From assembly GCF_001194135.2 (NCBI RefSeq), contig NC_068992.1, positions 56,849,542 to 56,913,541 of the forward strand: a stretch of 64,000 nucleotides of DNA. Direction: 5' to 3'. The position numbers and the translations under genes were made by a program. The stretch is from Octopus bimaculoides (taxonomy: Eukaryota). The notes below the pieces were generated by a model. That model was not told the DNA's origin. It searched no databases and saw nothing but the letters and a program-made list of their open reading frames with translations. Positions 38,222 to 52,660 of this stretch are shown here, one piece after another; the stretch's first letter is position 1; each line of letters opens with the position of its first letter.

Positions 38222-41052
38222 TATAAAGGTTACCAAATAAACTAGGTTTTGGCACAACTATTTTTACTACAAGTCATTCGATATGACGCTTTCACATTGG
38301 TAAATCTATATTTCTCTATTGAGACTGTATGTTGTCGGTAGAGAAGAAAAAATAATAAACTAATCATTAAGGAGAACAGAGATTTATATATCCAGTTTTA
38401 TATATCAAGATACAAAAATGGAAGACATATATAAGGGGCTCCCCTGTGCAGTTTCGATGTATGAACGACCACTTGTGTGGCTGCATTCATTAAACCCGTC
38501 CTTGACAAAATAATTGCGATGAAAGAGGTTGTTTGTCACATAGTCATGTATACCATTTAACGTAATCCTCGAAGTAAGCAATAGAGCCTGTGCGGCACAG
38601 GCTCAACACTGGCATTTCGCGTTCGTCCAATGTATTCCTACACAATTTCTGCGTATGAAACTTCCTTCCTCTTTTGTAAATGGATCCAAGTCTATGAAGA
38701 TACTTGTCCAAGCTGACCCATCAATAACATTGGACTCGGTATGTTACGTTGGCGATGCGGGGTCTTAAACCACCCAGCCATGCCGGCGCCCGCATATATA
38801 TNNNNNNNNNNNNNNNNNNNNNNNNNNNNNNNNNNNNNNNNNNNNNNNNNNNNNNNNNNNNNNNNNNNNNNNNNNNNNNNNNNNNNNNNNNNNNNNNNNN
38901 NNNNNNNNNNNNNNNNNNNNNNNNNNNNNNNNNNNNNNNNNNNNNNNNNNNNNNNNNNNNNNNNNNNNNNNNNNNNNNNNNNNNNNNNNNNTATATATAT
39001 ATATATATATGTATGTATATACATATACACACACACACGTATATGTGCGTGTGTGTGTATATGTTGCATGTATATGTGTGGATAAATGTTTGCATCACTC
39101 TCTATGTCTCCCCCACGCACACACATACATATATGCACTATTTAGTTATGCACTTTATTCGCGTAGTTAATAAATTTTATTGTTTTATATACTGTTCACA
39201 AATTGTTCGTGACGGATAGCCTAGAGAGCACACACACGCACACAGACAAGTTTGTAAATGCCCATATGTATGAGCGGACACGTGTATATGTGCATCTGTG
39301 TATCTATGTGTGCGCATGCATGCAAGTGATAATTCTTCACAGTTGCCATCAACTATAAATGATGTTTATGCGTCCATATGCGCTATTTAATCATAAGTTT
39401 AACTCGACGTCAGATACAAAATTATTCTAGTTGCTGTGTGTGAAAACTCATAGGAATTCTTCATTGAACCAAGTGTTTTCTTATAGCTTTATGTTTCACA
39501 TAAATGACTTTCTAAACATTTTATTGATTTCAATTTTTTTTAGTTTTTGCTCTTTACACAGTGTAGTCTGGACTGAGATGACTGTGTCTATATTCTTTTA
39601 ACCAACTATTAATCAAATATATGATAGATATTCCTACAGTGTAAAGGAAATGTCTGTGAGGAAAAATACTTTATTTTAGCTGAATTGAAAACGAAATTAT
39701 CTGTTTCTCTTCTTCAAAATACAATATTGCCTGTGTCTGATATTGAAAAATCGATAACACTTTTAAATTACAGGTATTCCACTTATGGTATTCTCTTAAA
39801 ACTGTTTCTATAGAATTATTTGTCCAAAAAAGAAACATATATGTAAATTTATTCATTTTTAATGGAAAAACAAAAGGCAACAGAATAACATACGTACGTT
39901 TTTACTTACTTTGTGAAATATTTATGTTCACCTTACCTAAGATTGAAAATTATGGCTTCTATATAGGAAAGGAATTGGAAAACTGGAGCATTGTTAATAT
40001 AACTGACCTATTTCTTTGATACTGCACTTAATTGGTCGACCGGTGTAACACCACTATTTGGTGATTGGGTGCCTTCAGAAAAAGAAACCCGTCCGTTGTA
40101 GGCATTCAAACCAGTTAGGCTACAAGTATGGTGATATATTTTTACAACCCAGCTGTAAATCATGGTTGACCAACAGCAGATGATAGCTGCTGTTCATTGT
40201 CCATAATTACCTCTTGATTAAAGCTAATCTCCGCCTATATAACATCGTCATTAAGGCAAGGATAAAAACCAAATGAAAATATCCCTCATATTACAAATAC
40301 ACGCTTTAAAATACATTGTCTGCATTCTGTAGTGTAGCTCTTGGTACACTACGCCTGAAGACAAGCATTAGATGGTACACACCTGGTCCCACTATGTACA
40401 TTGAGCGCAGGTCTGTTAGATCGGAATGGTTCTGTGACCAAAACAACAGCAACAGTAGCTAGGGAATTACCAACTAAATTATCTTCGTCGTCGCCTTCCT
40501 TGTTGTTGTCATCACCATTATCATCGCCTACGCAGTTGTCGTCGTCATCATCATCATCATCATCATGTCCATCATCATTGGCATCATTAATATCATCGGC
40601 ATGAGATTTCTTTTTCTCCACGGTAACTCCATTGTATTTGCTTTTTCAACTCCATTGTATTTGCTTTTTCAACTATTTCAACTAACCAAAATTCTGCTCA
40701 TACCTAAACACTGTTTAGCGCCAATGTTACGTTATTTGCTTTGACCTGACGATCTACTGGTGCACTTTGTTGATTGAATTATATATAAAGCTACAGATTT
40801 ATTAATTTCGTTCAGAGTTGCCTCTCTTACGTGCATCTCATTGACAAGAGTCAAAACATTCGAAACATCGATGTCTGAGATTCCTTACAGATGGTGACAT
40901 TGAACGAACTGGGTGTTTTCACATCGTTTTACCATAAGAAAGATATTTCTCCACGGCAACTGCAGTGTATTTGCCTTTTAGCAGTTGAAATATGTGACAA
41001 ACATATTTCAGCTGACCTAAATATATATATACATACATATGTATATAATAAC

Positions 41053-41089
<37 letters not shown>

Positions 41090-42169
41090 TATATATAACC
41101 TGCGTATATATGTATGTCTGTGTATACATACATACATACATACATACATACATACATACACATGTACACACGGGGGTCTTTTTCCGTGTCACATTCAATC
41201 AAATTTTATTGATTTTACTCAGATGGTATTGCCTGACTTGATAACCCGAAGCATGTTGGAAAAATACTTGCTCCACAGTAGTGTCGAACCCGGAGCTATA
41301 CAGTCCAGACCACACCTCTTGTTTCCATGCTGAATCCACTGATTTTTCTTCTATACACTTGGATTAATCACAGATATATTGCGAATGATATGCGATAACG
41401 TTAAGGAAATGACAGCATGTGTAATGTTTCCCAGTTATTAGAACACCACCGTTTTATCTTTTAGATATTTCACACAAAATGAGGTAAAGAGATGAAGAAA
41501 TAACATACAGAGACATAGGGAAATAGAGATATATAGATAGATTGAGAAAAAGAAAGAGAGCAAGAGGAATAAAGAGAGGTTTCTGTCATTGGTCTTGGTC
41601 CAAAAAATGAAAAAAAGAAAGCTCTTGTAACATTTTAGTGATAAGGATTCAATGCATTCTTAGATGTTTATCAGTATACATTTAATCTATTTTAAATGTA
41701 TACATTAACCTGACTTCTAAAACAAATTCGATAAAATTTGATACGATAACACGAAATGGATAGAAAATTCATATTCTACATTCGATATAAAACAATCTGG
41801 TAATGGATAAAGAAGCAGGAACGGATATGAATCTGAAAAATATAAAAAACGCTATCGAAATAGCTTTCCATATATTTCCACAATAGTATTCAGCATATTT
41901 TGAAGTGTTTTGCATAACAAATACAATATTTACAATAACGTGAAATTAACTATGACGCACAATTATAGGTTTTTGAAATATTTTGTATTTTACCCATTGA
42001 CTTAATTTGATGATTATTCAGCAGGAGGAAAATATATGCGCAACCCTTTGCCCCGCTAGACATAGCAGATAAATCTTCTTTATCGTGTGTTTGAGAGGGT
42101 AAGACATATTTAACGATTGAATCGTATTGTCTTAAGGAAATAAAGTTCGTTAAAGATTCGATTGCTGCT

Positions 42170-42345
42170 GATTATAAGACAGAATCGTTAGCACGTTGGA
42201 CAATCGGCTTTGCTTCATTTATTCCGATTCTTTATGTTCTAAGTTCAAATCCTGCCGATGTGAATATTGTATTCCGTACTTCTGATGATCAATAAAATAA
42301 AATGTCGATGAATTACTGTGGTTGATATAATCGACTAACTCACTC
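42170..42345 (+). mobile_element. SINE family B (old)
   Basis: agaatcgttagcacg...gttcaaatcctgccg...tgatataatcgact. Confidence 0.7.
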
Positions 42346-44125
42346 CCTTAAATTCATTTCTTCGACTTATATTAGAAGAGGTTACATGTCCAATTAAGTG
42401 AGGAGGCAGGAAATAAAACGGCATCAGTAGCGAGACACACTGCATCCGATGCTGTGTATGATTAACACTGAAGCTGATTTGATTTGGGACGAAATCTCTG
42501 TAAGGTAACATAGGCCATCTAATCGAAACCAACAATCGCTATGCCAATCAGTGGTTCTCTTCATCCACCACCCGATTGATCACCATTGGACTTTAGCAAA
42601 GCATGCTTTATTTGAAGCATTTAGGAGCAGGCGACCAGGCTAACGATAACTTCTTCGGAGAATCATCGGCAAAACTGAAAAGGGTGAGGAACGTTATACT
42701 TCCCAAGTGCAAGAAATTTATTGTTCAAGAAATGCCATTTAACATTGTTTACTATTAGCAATGGCACCAATGCCGTTGTTTATAGTAGTTCATCCGAATT
42801 TAATCCCGATCGAGTAAAATCCAAAAGTCTATAACATCCCTGTTGGGAAATATCAAGCATTTTAAGATAATCTAGGACTACGTCATCTTATATGTCCTTT
42901 CCTTATATAAGGTTTTGGGTGAGATGTGAAGTAGGACATTTGGTGGATATTTGGTGGTTGTTTCTAATAGCCTGACACGTCTTTTAGCGACGCTCTCGTT
43001 GACGCGTCGCTCGAAGATACAAATACTGTGCGTTTCGTTACTTTCTATTCTTGAGTCCAATTAGGCGGCAGAGAATTACATTACCCAAACATTCTATAGA
43101 AACATAAAATAATGATTAATTAAGCATTGATCTAATATGAGAATCGATGCTGTTACGAGAAGCACAAGGTTTAACAACCAAACGTCATAGAAATCATGCA
43201 CCACAGCCTTAAATTTTATAACACATATTGGACAGCAATACCAGGGATATAAAATATCTGAGAAAAAAAGAGGGGATTGTCATTAGCGGAAAGCTTTTGA
43301 TCATATGTCTGTATATCTGCTCACTAAAAGATTTCTGAAATTAACGAAGAAGAACATTGCAGTGAGCACGTACAGATAGGCCGTCTGAGGATTTGAGCGT
43401 TCAGAATTGCAACGTTGGACAATATATAACTCAGATGGAAACGCCCGAATGGTTACTTCTTTCATTGAATCTTTAGCTTCCTTGTTCAAACGTCCAGCCT
43501 TACTTCACTACTTTTAAAGATTTATATAATTCTACTAAACAACGTTCACGATTCTGTCTAACAGTGAAAGATGTCTTTATACGATGCATGCCTTCTCGAA
43601 ATGCTTTATTGCAAATATATCACACCATGTAGAGAAAACTCTATATATAACACGATGGATTTGTATAGATCAAGTGATATTATTTCTAACGCATGTGAAT
43701 AGCTTTTTTTTCTGTCTGTCTATACATCTATCCATTTGGATTTGAATTGTATCTTTACAATGTCCACTCATTTGGAGGTGAATTGTTTGTAAGTTTAAGA
43801 CGATATGCATTCGTATATGCACATTGTCGTACGAAAAACTTCTTACTTTGTTTTCCAGCGAACATCCGCATTGAATTCTGAAATTGCAATAACCTTCAAT
43901 GGATATAATATTGAAAATGGCATACAATTCGACTGATAGAATTTTGAGAATAGCTTTCAGAGGAAATACGTGATTTTCTACTTGATATGCAAAGAAATTC
44001 ATTGCCTGTGATTATGAAATATGTGTGTGTCGAGCATACATCTGATCTCATACAAATACACACCGATGTACATATAATCATACATATACACAGATACACA
44101 TACACACGGACACACGCAAAGGCAT

Positions 44126-44158
<33 letters not shown>

Positions 44159-44865
44159 CCGTCGTGATATACGACTCATCACCTTTGACATAATTCAATT
44201 GTAAATTTGTTACATATATGCTGAGACTTACATGTAACTTAATGGAAGTGCTAACATCTCTGCAAGAAGAAAACAATATTGATTTTTTTCTCATAGGATT
44301 TAAGTGACGCCTAACACCAAATTATTTAATGGAAAATCCGAGGCTATCAGAGAATAATGAGCGAAGACCTCATTCAAATGTGTGCAGTCGAATGGACACA
44401 ATTAATGCGATCTTAGAGCGAAGGAGGGGTTTTAAACCGGGTGGTGGATTAAACATGCAACCACTAAGAGATATATAATCATTAAAGACATTATTGTTAT
44501 AATTCCTCTACCACGGCTCTACAACCAGTGTTGGTTTATTTACAGCACCGTAACATAGTGGTTGTGCAAAAAGGGTCAGTTGCATAAGTATCAGACTGAC
44601 AAAACAGGTGTAGAGGTGTATTTGTTCGATTAATCACATCAAGGTAGTGCTCCGGTATCGCCGCAGTCCAATTACTGAAACAGTTAATGAATGAAGATGT
44701 TTTCTTTTAAATGAGGAAACCATACATATGAATTGAAATTCCTGCAGAGTTATAATATTTGCAAAGTAAGAATTCATTAAAACAACGACTGGAAGAGGAG
44801 ATACCTTTTTAATTCACTGTTACTCATAATTAAGGCATTCGTTGATTTAATACGTGTGTGATTTA

Positions 44866-45075
44866 AGATGGCGAGCTAGCAGAATCGTTAGCAAGCCGGG
44901 CTAAATGTTTAGTGGTAGTCCGTCTGTCTTCATGTTCTGAGTTCAAATCCGCTGAGCTCGGCTTTGCCTTTCGTCGTTTCGCGGTCGATAAAACAATTTC
45001 GAGTTAAGCATTTAGTTGGTATAATCGAGTCATTCCCTCCAGCGATGTTGTAGCTTTGTGTTAAAATTTGAAACC
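44866..45075 (+). mobile_element. SINE family B
   Basis: aagatggcgagctagcagaatcgttagc...gttcaaatcc...gcggtcgataaa. Confidence 0.8.
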
Positions 45076-45292
45076 AATGTATGTATGTGTATGTGTTTGT
45101 GCATGTGTATGTGTATACGTGTCATATATGTGTGCGTAAGTATGCATGTACCGACTTTCGTTCGACACTTTTGAGGTAAGGCATGAAATTGAAAGGTTCA
45201 AGGGCTTACCAGAAATTATCATAATTATTTTAAGAATCTAAGCTTCAAAATTGCAACCGGGGATAATCATAAGAAACTCACCATTTCACAGA

Positions 45293-45697
45293 AACGTTAG
45301 CATGCCGGACGAAATGCTTAGCGGTATTTCGTCTGCCGCTACGTTCAAATTCCGTCGAGGTCGACTTTGCCTTTCATCCTTTCGGGGCCGATTAAATAAG
45401 TACGAGTTACGCACTGGGGTCGATATAATCGACTTAATCCGTTTGACTTCTTGTTTATTCCCTCTGTGTTTAGCCCCTTGGGGGTAGTAAAGAAATAAGA
45501 AACGTTAGCACGCCGGGCGAAATATTTAGCAGGATTTCGTTTGTCTTTATGTTCTGAGTTAAAATTCTGCCGAGGTAGACTTTGCGTTTCATCCTTTCAA
45601 TGGCGATAAATTAAGCACCAGTTGCGTACTGGTGTCGAGCTAATCGACTGGTCCCGCTCTCCAAAAATTTCGGGCCGTGTGTCTAGAGTAGAAAAGA
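45293..45697 (+). mobile_element. Two head-to-tail SINE family B copies
   Basis: Both start agaaacgttagca(t/c)gccgg, at about 45293 and 45499, with different tails. Confidence 0.85.
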
Positions 45698-46235
45698 ATA
45701 TTCAATGAATTTAATTTCCAAACGCCATTTTAATTACGTTTTGATATGTTACCGTCCAGTTATTCCTTCACCTGCACGACTTAGCATTAAATTAGTTGTT
45801 GAGTATTCCCCGTAAAATATCCCCTTAACTTACTTCCCTATGAGAATCAACTTCATTCAATGTGTAGCAAAACTGGATTTTAGAATTACAAGTACAGTCA
45901 ATGCGCTGGGTTTCCATGCCTTTTCGACGTCTACGTAAATTCACTCATAGGGATCGGGACGATCTGACTCAATTGCAGATGCACGTGCACGAAACGTCAT
46001 GCATTGAGAGTGAGGTCAGAAACCCGTGATCGCCAAGCGAAGTTTTCAACTATTCAGTCATGCAATCTGTGCTGCACGAAGCAATTAACCACGTTTTACA
46101 CAAGTGATTTCTTTCAAACAAACTGTTTTCTGAATAATTAAACATATCACACATCACGTTAACATGTTAGATATTTTAAATACGCTCGTTTTGCTTATCG
46201 TCACAGCTATATCGCTCGCTGACAGCACCAACATT

Positions 46236-46287
<52 letters not shown>

Positions 46288-46481
46288 TCACGTCTCCCTT
46301 TTACATATTTCACCCCTAATACTGATCAAATGCTCACCGTGAATCTTTCTATCATTAATATTCAATTCCTAATGATTATCACCACATAAACAATAATGGT
46401 TAATAATTCCTTTAAAATCGGAAATTTGCCAGATGAAAGTTATAGAAAAGCGTAATTCTGGACAGACATTTCTAATTTCAG

Positions 46482-46561
<80 letters not shown>

Positions 46562-48497
46562 CGTTTATGTGTATGTATGTATATATATATATATGCAGTA
46601 GTGATACAATAAAGTAGTTGTATGCTGTCAGCTTAATGTGACAGTCCCATGAAACGAATAATACTACTGCTGACACGTACTTTTGCCTTCCCTCTCTGCT
46701 TCCTATATTTCTATCTGCCCTCTACGACTTCTACTCCTCCTACTACTGACATGTGATCTGTGAACGCTGGCTGCCTTACCAAGCGCTACCATTTTCTCAT
46801 CTCCCGCTCTATTCACCTTTCGCGGTCTCTCTATTAAATACTTCAGCATATTCTCCCAGCGTTGATTATTTCCGTTTCCTGTCTCCTTATTTTGTTCGTT
46901 TATTTATATCAGTTCGTTTGTATGCCGCAGTCCCTTTTGTTTACGTCTCTGTCCCTCGTACACCCACTAATTGAGTTGGATTACATTTACTCAACATTTG
47001 TATGTTAACTTTCTGTATCGCATTCTTGTCTGAACCAAGGTTCACCAATTCCCGGCGACGTATATTATTTGTGTGTGCATGCGTGTATGTGTGTATCCGT
47101 GTGTGTTGTCTGTGTGTAAGTGTATGTGTGTTGACTGTGTCTGTGTGTGTGTACGTGTGTATGTTGTGTGTGTGTTTGTGTGTGAGTGAGTCTAAATGTT
47201 GGTGTATATATATATATATACACACACCAACACACACTCAATATACACACGTACACACACACTCAATATACACACTACAATCACACAACATAACATACAC
47301 ACGTACACACATATAGTCAACACACACACTCACACACACTGAGACAACACACGCGCATACACACAGATGCACACACATACACACACACTCTCACACACAC
47401 ACACACTCCCGCACACACACACACAGGCAACACAAACCCATACACACACACATGTACACACATAATATACATATGTCGGTGTGGTTGTGAGTGTGTCCAG
47501 CTGGTTTTCGTCAAGTTTCGATCTAATACATTCTGATCTCAAAATATTGGTCATCTGGAGGCAGTAGTTAGAAACAGTTTCCAAGGTTCATAGTACTAAG
47601 ATTGGGTCCGGAACTCCGTGTCTACGAAACTGTGTCTTTAACCTCATAACGATAGCCTATATCTACTACCCTCACTCACGTATAATCAAATGCGGACAAC
47701 AAAGGGAGAGAATTAAATGTCAATAGGGTGGAAAATTGAACCAAAAAGCCTTGGGTTATTTACGTGTGTCACTTTATACTACGAGTTCAAATCCCTCAGA
47801 AACATACTTACCGGAATTTCGAAATCAACAAAGTGATGACATCAATACAATAGATTAAATTTTGTTTCAAAGGCTGCTGTTTCTATATATCAAAGTTAGA
47901 ATAAAACATTATAAACTAAAACCTCACAACTGTCACCGTATTGGGTCTGTGAATAAGAAAATATTAATCTATTCGAAATGATCTTTGAAGAATTCGGTTC
48001 AGCACTGATTTAATATTCCTTTGTTCCTAACATGATTATTTTCTGTTTTGGACCATTCTTATTTAGGCACTTATATACTGTAGCGAAATTTTTGATGTTA
48101 AAAGATTAAAAGGTGCAAAACTATTTATTAATGTGCACTTGGGGTTGTAATATTTTATTTACCATCAAGGTTCACTTAATGAAATATCTATGAACAGTTC
48201 AGAAAAAACTACTGTATTGCCATTAATTTATTACATCTTAAAATTTATTTTACTATTTTATTTTATGTTTTACTGGTATCAATCTTTGCACTGATGCCGT
48301 GTTGGCACATAGCCTTCAAGAGTTTTAGTAAATTGTATTAACACTTTTGATTGTGTCAGGTACTTATTGCATCTTCTCTATTTAAAGGGTGGTTAAGTAC
48401 AACTCGGTGTAGTGCGGTAAAATAAAATATAAATTAATTTTCGTTAGATAAGTCGACTCATCACCGAGCTCTTACCAAATGCGTATGTGTATGTGTG

Positions 48498-48528
<31 letters not shown>

Positions 48529-48638
48529 TCACATACACACAATGCGTGTGTATGCGCGCGTGCGTGTAAGTAAGTATTTATATATGTATGCATATATGTA
48601 TGTAAATATAAATATACATATATATACATATGTATGTA

Positions 48639-49370
48639 AGTCATTTTACTCTTTGATTTAGAGTTAATCTTGACTAGCTACCAGTTATTTTGTGATGGAG
48701 AGCATTTTATTTTGTTCATCATCTTTTAAATCTTAAGGTCTTGCAGAATTTTATAGTATCTTTTATCGTTGCCATTTGAAATATACGAACTAAGGAGCTG
48801 TGTCCTCTCCCACAAAACCAGGATTCAGTCATACTTTACTCCTGACGGGTTGGAACGTATCCTATGTTTCCATAACAATAAGTATGAAGCTGAAAGTGTA
48901 ACTTTGGTACCGGATTTCTAAACCCCTTTTCAATGATCCATAGATGCCATCTCTCTGCAGTACTTTTCTCACCACATTGGTCTCTAGAGGGCATTTGAAA
49001 TCCACACAACAATGTCTGGCCAGTTTTGTTTTAACATGGTGGCGGTTTTAATTTTCAATTTCTTTTGACCCACTGGTCTCAATACAATCAACCTCGTGTG
49101 GTTGTTTTTTTCTTCTTATCCTGTGACTATTCTGGCCTCTGCATCATGCCTTGCGGGAAGACAATATCGAGAAGCTGACAATAATATGGCTGATGGTTTA
49201 AGTCTTCGTCCTGGACAGCCTACATCTGTAGTTTGTCAATGTTTTCTGCCTTTTATACTGTAGGTATTTGGTGGAGATCTCTTGTTTTGAATTGCATGGA
49301 GGTAGCCTTCCAAGTGGAATGTCATAAACTTGACAGTATTCCATGCCGAGCTGTTGATGGCTTCTTGTGT
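48639..49370 (-). mobile_element. 5'-truncated RLE-type LINE (R4/Dong-like) 3' end, divergent from the 25310 copy
   Basis: The - strand reads, with frameshifts, YRCRL..HIIVS..ARHDAEARIV (RHD at 49143-49151)..IKTATMLKQNWPDIVV (49005-49019)..VDFKCPLETNVVRK..ATIKDTIKFCKTLRF*, then an ~95-bp 3' UTR. Confidence 0.72.
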
Positions 49371-49396
49371 TATGTATGTATGTATGTATGTATGTA

Positions 49397-49798
49397 TGTA
49401 TTTATGTACGTATGTGTGTGTGTGTCTGTGTTTCTTCTCTTCTGCTTTTAATTATTTAAATTCTTCCTTTAAGGAAAGTGCCAGTTTCAGACAAAGATAC
49501 ATGTATGTATGTATGTATGTATGTATGTATGTGTGTATGTATGCACGTATGTATGTATGTATGTATGTATGTATGTATGTATGTATGTATGTATGTATGT
49601 ATGTATGTATGTATGCACGTATGTATGTATGTATGTATGTATGTATGTATGTATGTATGCATGCATGCATATATGTATGTATGTATGTATGGATGTATTT
49701 ATGTACGTATGTGTGTGTGTGTCTGTGTTTCTTCACTTCTGCTTTTAATTATTTAAATTCTTCCTTTGAGGAAAGAGCCAGTTTCAGACAAAGATACA
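49397..49798. repeat. 105-bp direct duplication separated by (GTAT)n
   Basis: 49397-49501 and 49694-49798 differ at only about 3 positions; period 297 bp. Confidence 0.9.
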
Positions 49799-50684
49799 CA
49801 GCTCCATCATTGAAATGTAGATAGCAGAAATTTGTCACATTGTAGATTAGAGAAAAGTTTTGCATATTGTTACTGTTCAACTTATAGACTGTATTTGTAA
49901 CGTGCGAGGTAATCAGTTGGTTTCTTTTTCTGAGAAACCAAGCTTATCCAGACAGGCAGTGTATGTATGTATGTATGTATGTATGTATGTATGTATGCAC
50001 TATGTATGTATGTATGTATGCACTATGAATGTATGTATGTATGTATGTATGTATCTATGTATGTATGGATGGATATATGTATGTATGTATGTATGCACTA
50101 TGTATGTATGTATGTTTGCATGTATGCTGATGTCATGTATGTATGCATCTATATATATATATACAGAGCATTTTCCAGCGCACAGTCCTCTTATGAACAT
50201 TTGTTCTTTAGATATTGGTCGGTCAACCTTTAATCCGAGTCCATAATAAATGACACATGCCGAACAGTAGAATTAAATCTAGAACTCGGTAGTTGCTAGG
50301 TTAATCTGTCAACATTACAAACCTGCCTGCATCTGAAGATTTTCAACTAAAGATAAATTATATACTCTAATCACCATTTTCAGGCAGAAGGAGAACAGCA
50401 GGGTTAAAATTCATTTGTCTTTCACAGCAACAAGACTGTAGGACTACGAGTCATTTGTCATTTATAGCAACAAACTTACATATCATTTATCATTTTCTAC
50501 ACTACCCTAATACTATCATGCAACCATATATTACATTTTACAATAGACACCAGTGATTGTTTTCCTGTCGTGTAATTGATGACATTTAATATATAATTTA
50601 TTTTGCTACTTTCGCTTTCCTACTTAATTCAAATGAAAATTCATTCTGAAATAAATGGGAATGTAAGTTAACCTGAAGAAAACT

Positions 50685-51072
50685 GTGGTTGTGCAGGTAA
50701 AACGATCGTTTCCCAATTATATGTTTTAGGTTTAGTCCCCTTAGGCAAGTATCTTCTACTGTAGCCTCAGGCCGACCAGTGCTATGTGAGTGGATTTGGT
50801 TGACGGAAACTGAAAGATGTCCGTGGTATATACACATGCATGCATTTATCGATATGTGTATATTAGCTTCTGTCTCTTGCCGACATTTTACAAACAGTTT
50901 TGGTTCGCTTACGCACCAGCGACTTAGTGGTTCAATAAAAAATACCGATAGAACAAGGAACCAGCTCTAAAATAAAATAAGTACTGCGGTCAATTCGTTC
51001 GATTAAACCCTTCGAAGCGGTGCTCCGGGCATAGCCGCAATCGAATGACTGAAACATGTAAACGTTAAAAAT
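50685..51072 (+). mobile_element. SINE family C
   Basis: cttaggcaagtatcttctactgtagcctcaggccgacc...gtgagtggatttggttgacggaaactgaaag...gcggtgctcc...gactgaaaca. Confidence 0.8.
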
Positions 51073-52451
51073 AGTAGCTTTCTCTTCCTCACACCCTATA
51101 GCAGTGGTTCCTAACTAGGCTACGAGCTGACGGAGAGACAGTGTACAATGTACTCTTAATTTACTGTTTACAGTGTTTCGTTTTATTGCTATGACATTCA
51201 TAGATATGTCCGATGGTGCAATATAATTTTAGCAATGTAATGGTTAAGCGACAGAAGGATCGTACACCGTTGGAATGTCTATGAGAATACGTATATTTCA
51301 TCATGACTGACTTGAGGGCTATATAACAACAGTAAGTATTTCCAGACAGGATTTTGGCAGCATTTTACTTCAGAACATACAAACGATCGGAACATATACC
51401 GCAAGATATTTCATCCGACGTTAGTCTACTTGACCACCCTGGTGTGTTATATTCATCACCACCGATATTTAAAAATGAAAAAAAATACCCAAATGCTTTC
51501 AGCAGGATTTGAACGCAAATGAAGAGAGTACGAACTGATATCTTGTAACTCTCTCGATGCTGTTGATTCGACTGATTGATGGTAACATGCATATTAAATA
51601 ATCTCTCTTTTCCAAAATGTTTTAGGTATTTTGTGAGGTGGCAAAAACGTGAACGAAACAGAGGGAGATAAAACAGTTTTCAATCAAATTTTCTGCCGAC
51701 GATATTCATGGAAACTAATAAAGTAATAATGTTACACGGAACTCGTATATGATCTAAAAATTTTTGAAGCTGGCATTACATGTGTAGTAATATTTACTAT
51801 AAACAAAATAGGAGAATATATCAGTTATATTACTGGTCACATTAGAAGAGTTAGTCTTTCATTAACAAATTAACTAGCGCATCTATTATATTTTCAGTGA
51901 CACTATAGCTAGTAGGCTTTTTGAAAGTATGTAACTCCCACACAATACATCAGAACGATGGAACCTGTAAATTTTTCACAAATTAACACCTACTTGCACT
52001 TTGTGTTCTTCACATTTAACGTGTGTAGTACGTAAATAATCTGTCATTGTCACCGTGCTGAAACGCTTAAGCTTTTGTTCTTTATCAGCAGCAATTAGAA
52101 GATGAGTATGTCGTATTGCTGAAGATCTCAACAGAGAGCACTACAAGAAAAAAGAAAAAAACAAACAAAACTACCAAAATCAAATTACATTCTCCCCACC
52201 CCCCCTTCCAAAAAAAAAAACGATTACAAAAACAATGATTAATAATGCAGATTGATAATGTAGAAGGATAATGAGATTTTTAGAAAAATGTTTGTATCAG
52301 AGATGTTATTTCTTATTAGTGATATCCCGTAATGCTAAAATGAAAAATATATACATTGCGTGAGATGTCTCCGACACATTTGTACGGAACGTGTGTGCGT
52401 AAGAATATATATATACATATATAGAGTGGAATCAATTATTATGATCCTTTC

Positions 52452-52660
52452 TACTATAGGCACAAGGCCTGGAATTTTGCAACAGGGTGCTAGTCGATTA
52501 CATCGACCCCAGTATTGAAATACTACTTACTTTCTCGACATCAAATGGATGAAAGACAAAGTCGACCGCGGCAGAATTTGAACCCAGATCGTAAGAACGG
52601 ACGAAATACCGTTAGGCATTTTGTCCGGCAATCTAAGGATTCTGCCAGCTCGCCGCCTTA
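52452..52660 (-). mobile_element. SINE family B
   Basis: Ends gattctgccagctcgccgcctta, the reverse complement of the head. Confidence 0.85.

Noticed and set aside
38584-38604. Perfect 9-bp hairpin GAGCCTGTG-CGG-CACAGGCTC as a Helitron 3' end
   Set aside because: The downstream CTGG is too close and is not followed by T, and no 5' TC terminus was identified.
39995-40190. ~58-codon open frame on the - strand with a hydrophobic start
   Set aside because: No recognisable family motif, poor acceptor, and a length expected by chance.
40349-40621. 90-aa Asp-rich ORF on the - strand as a nested gene
   Set aside because: It is a degenerate (ATC)/(GTC)n tract with no domain, no convincing splice sites and a non-ATG start.
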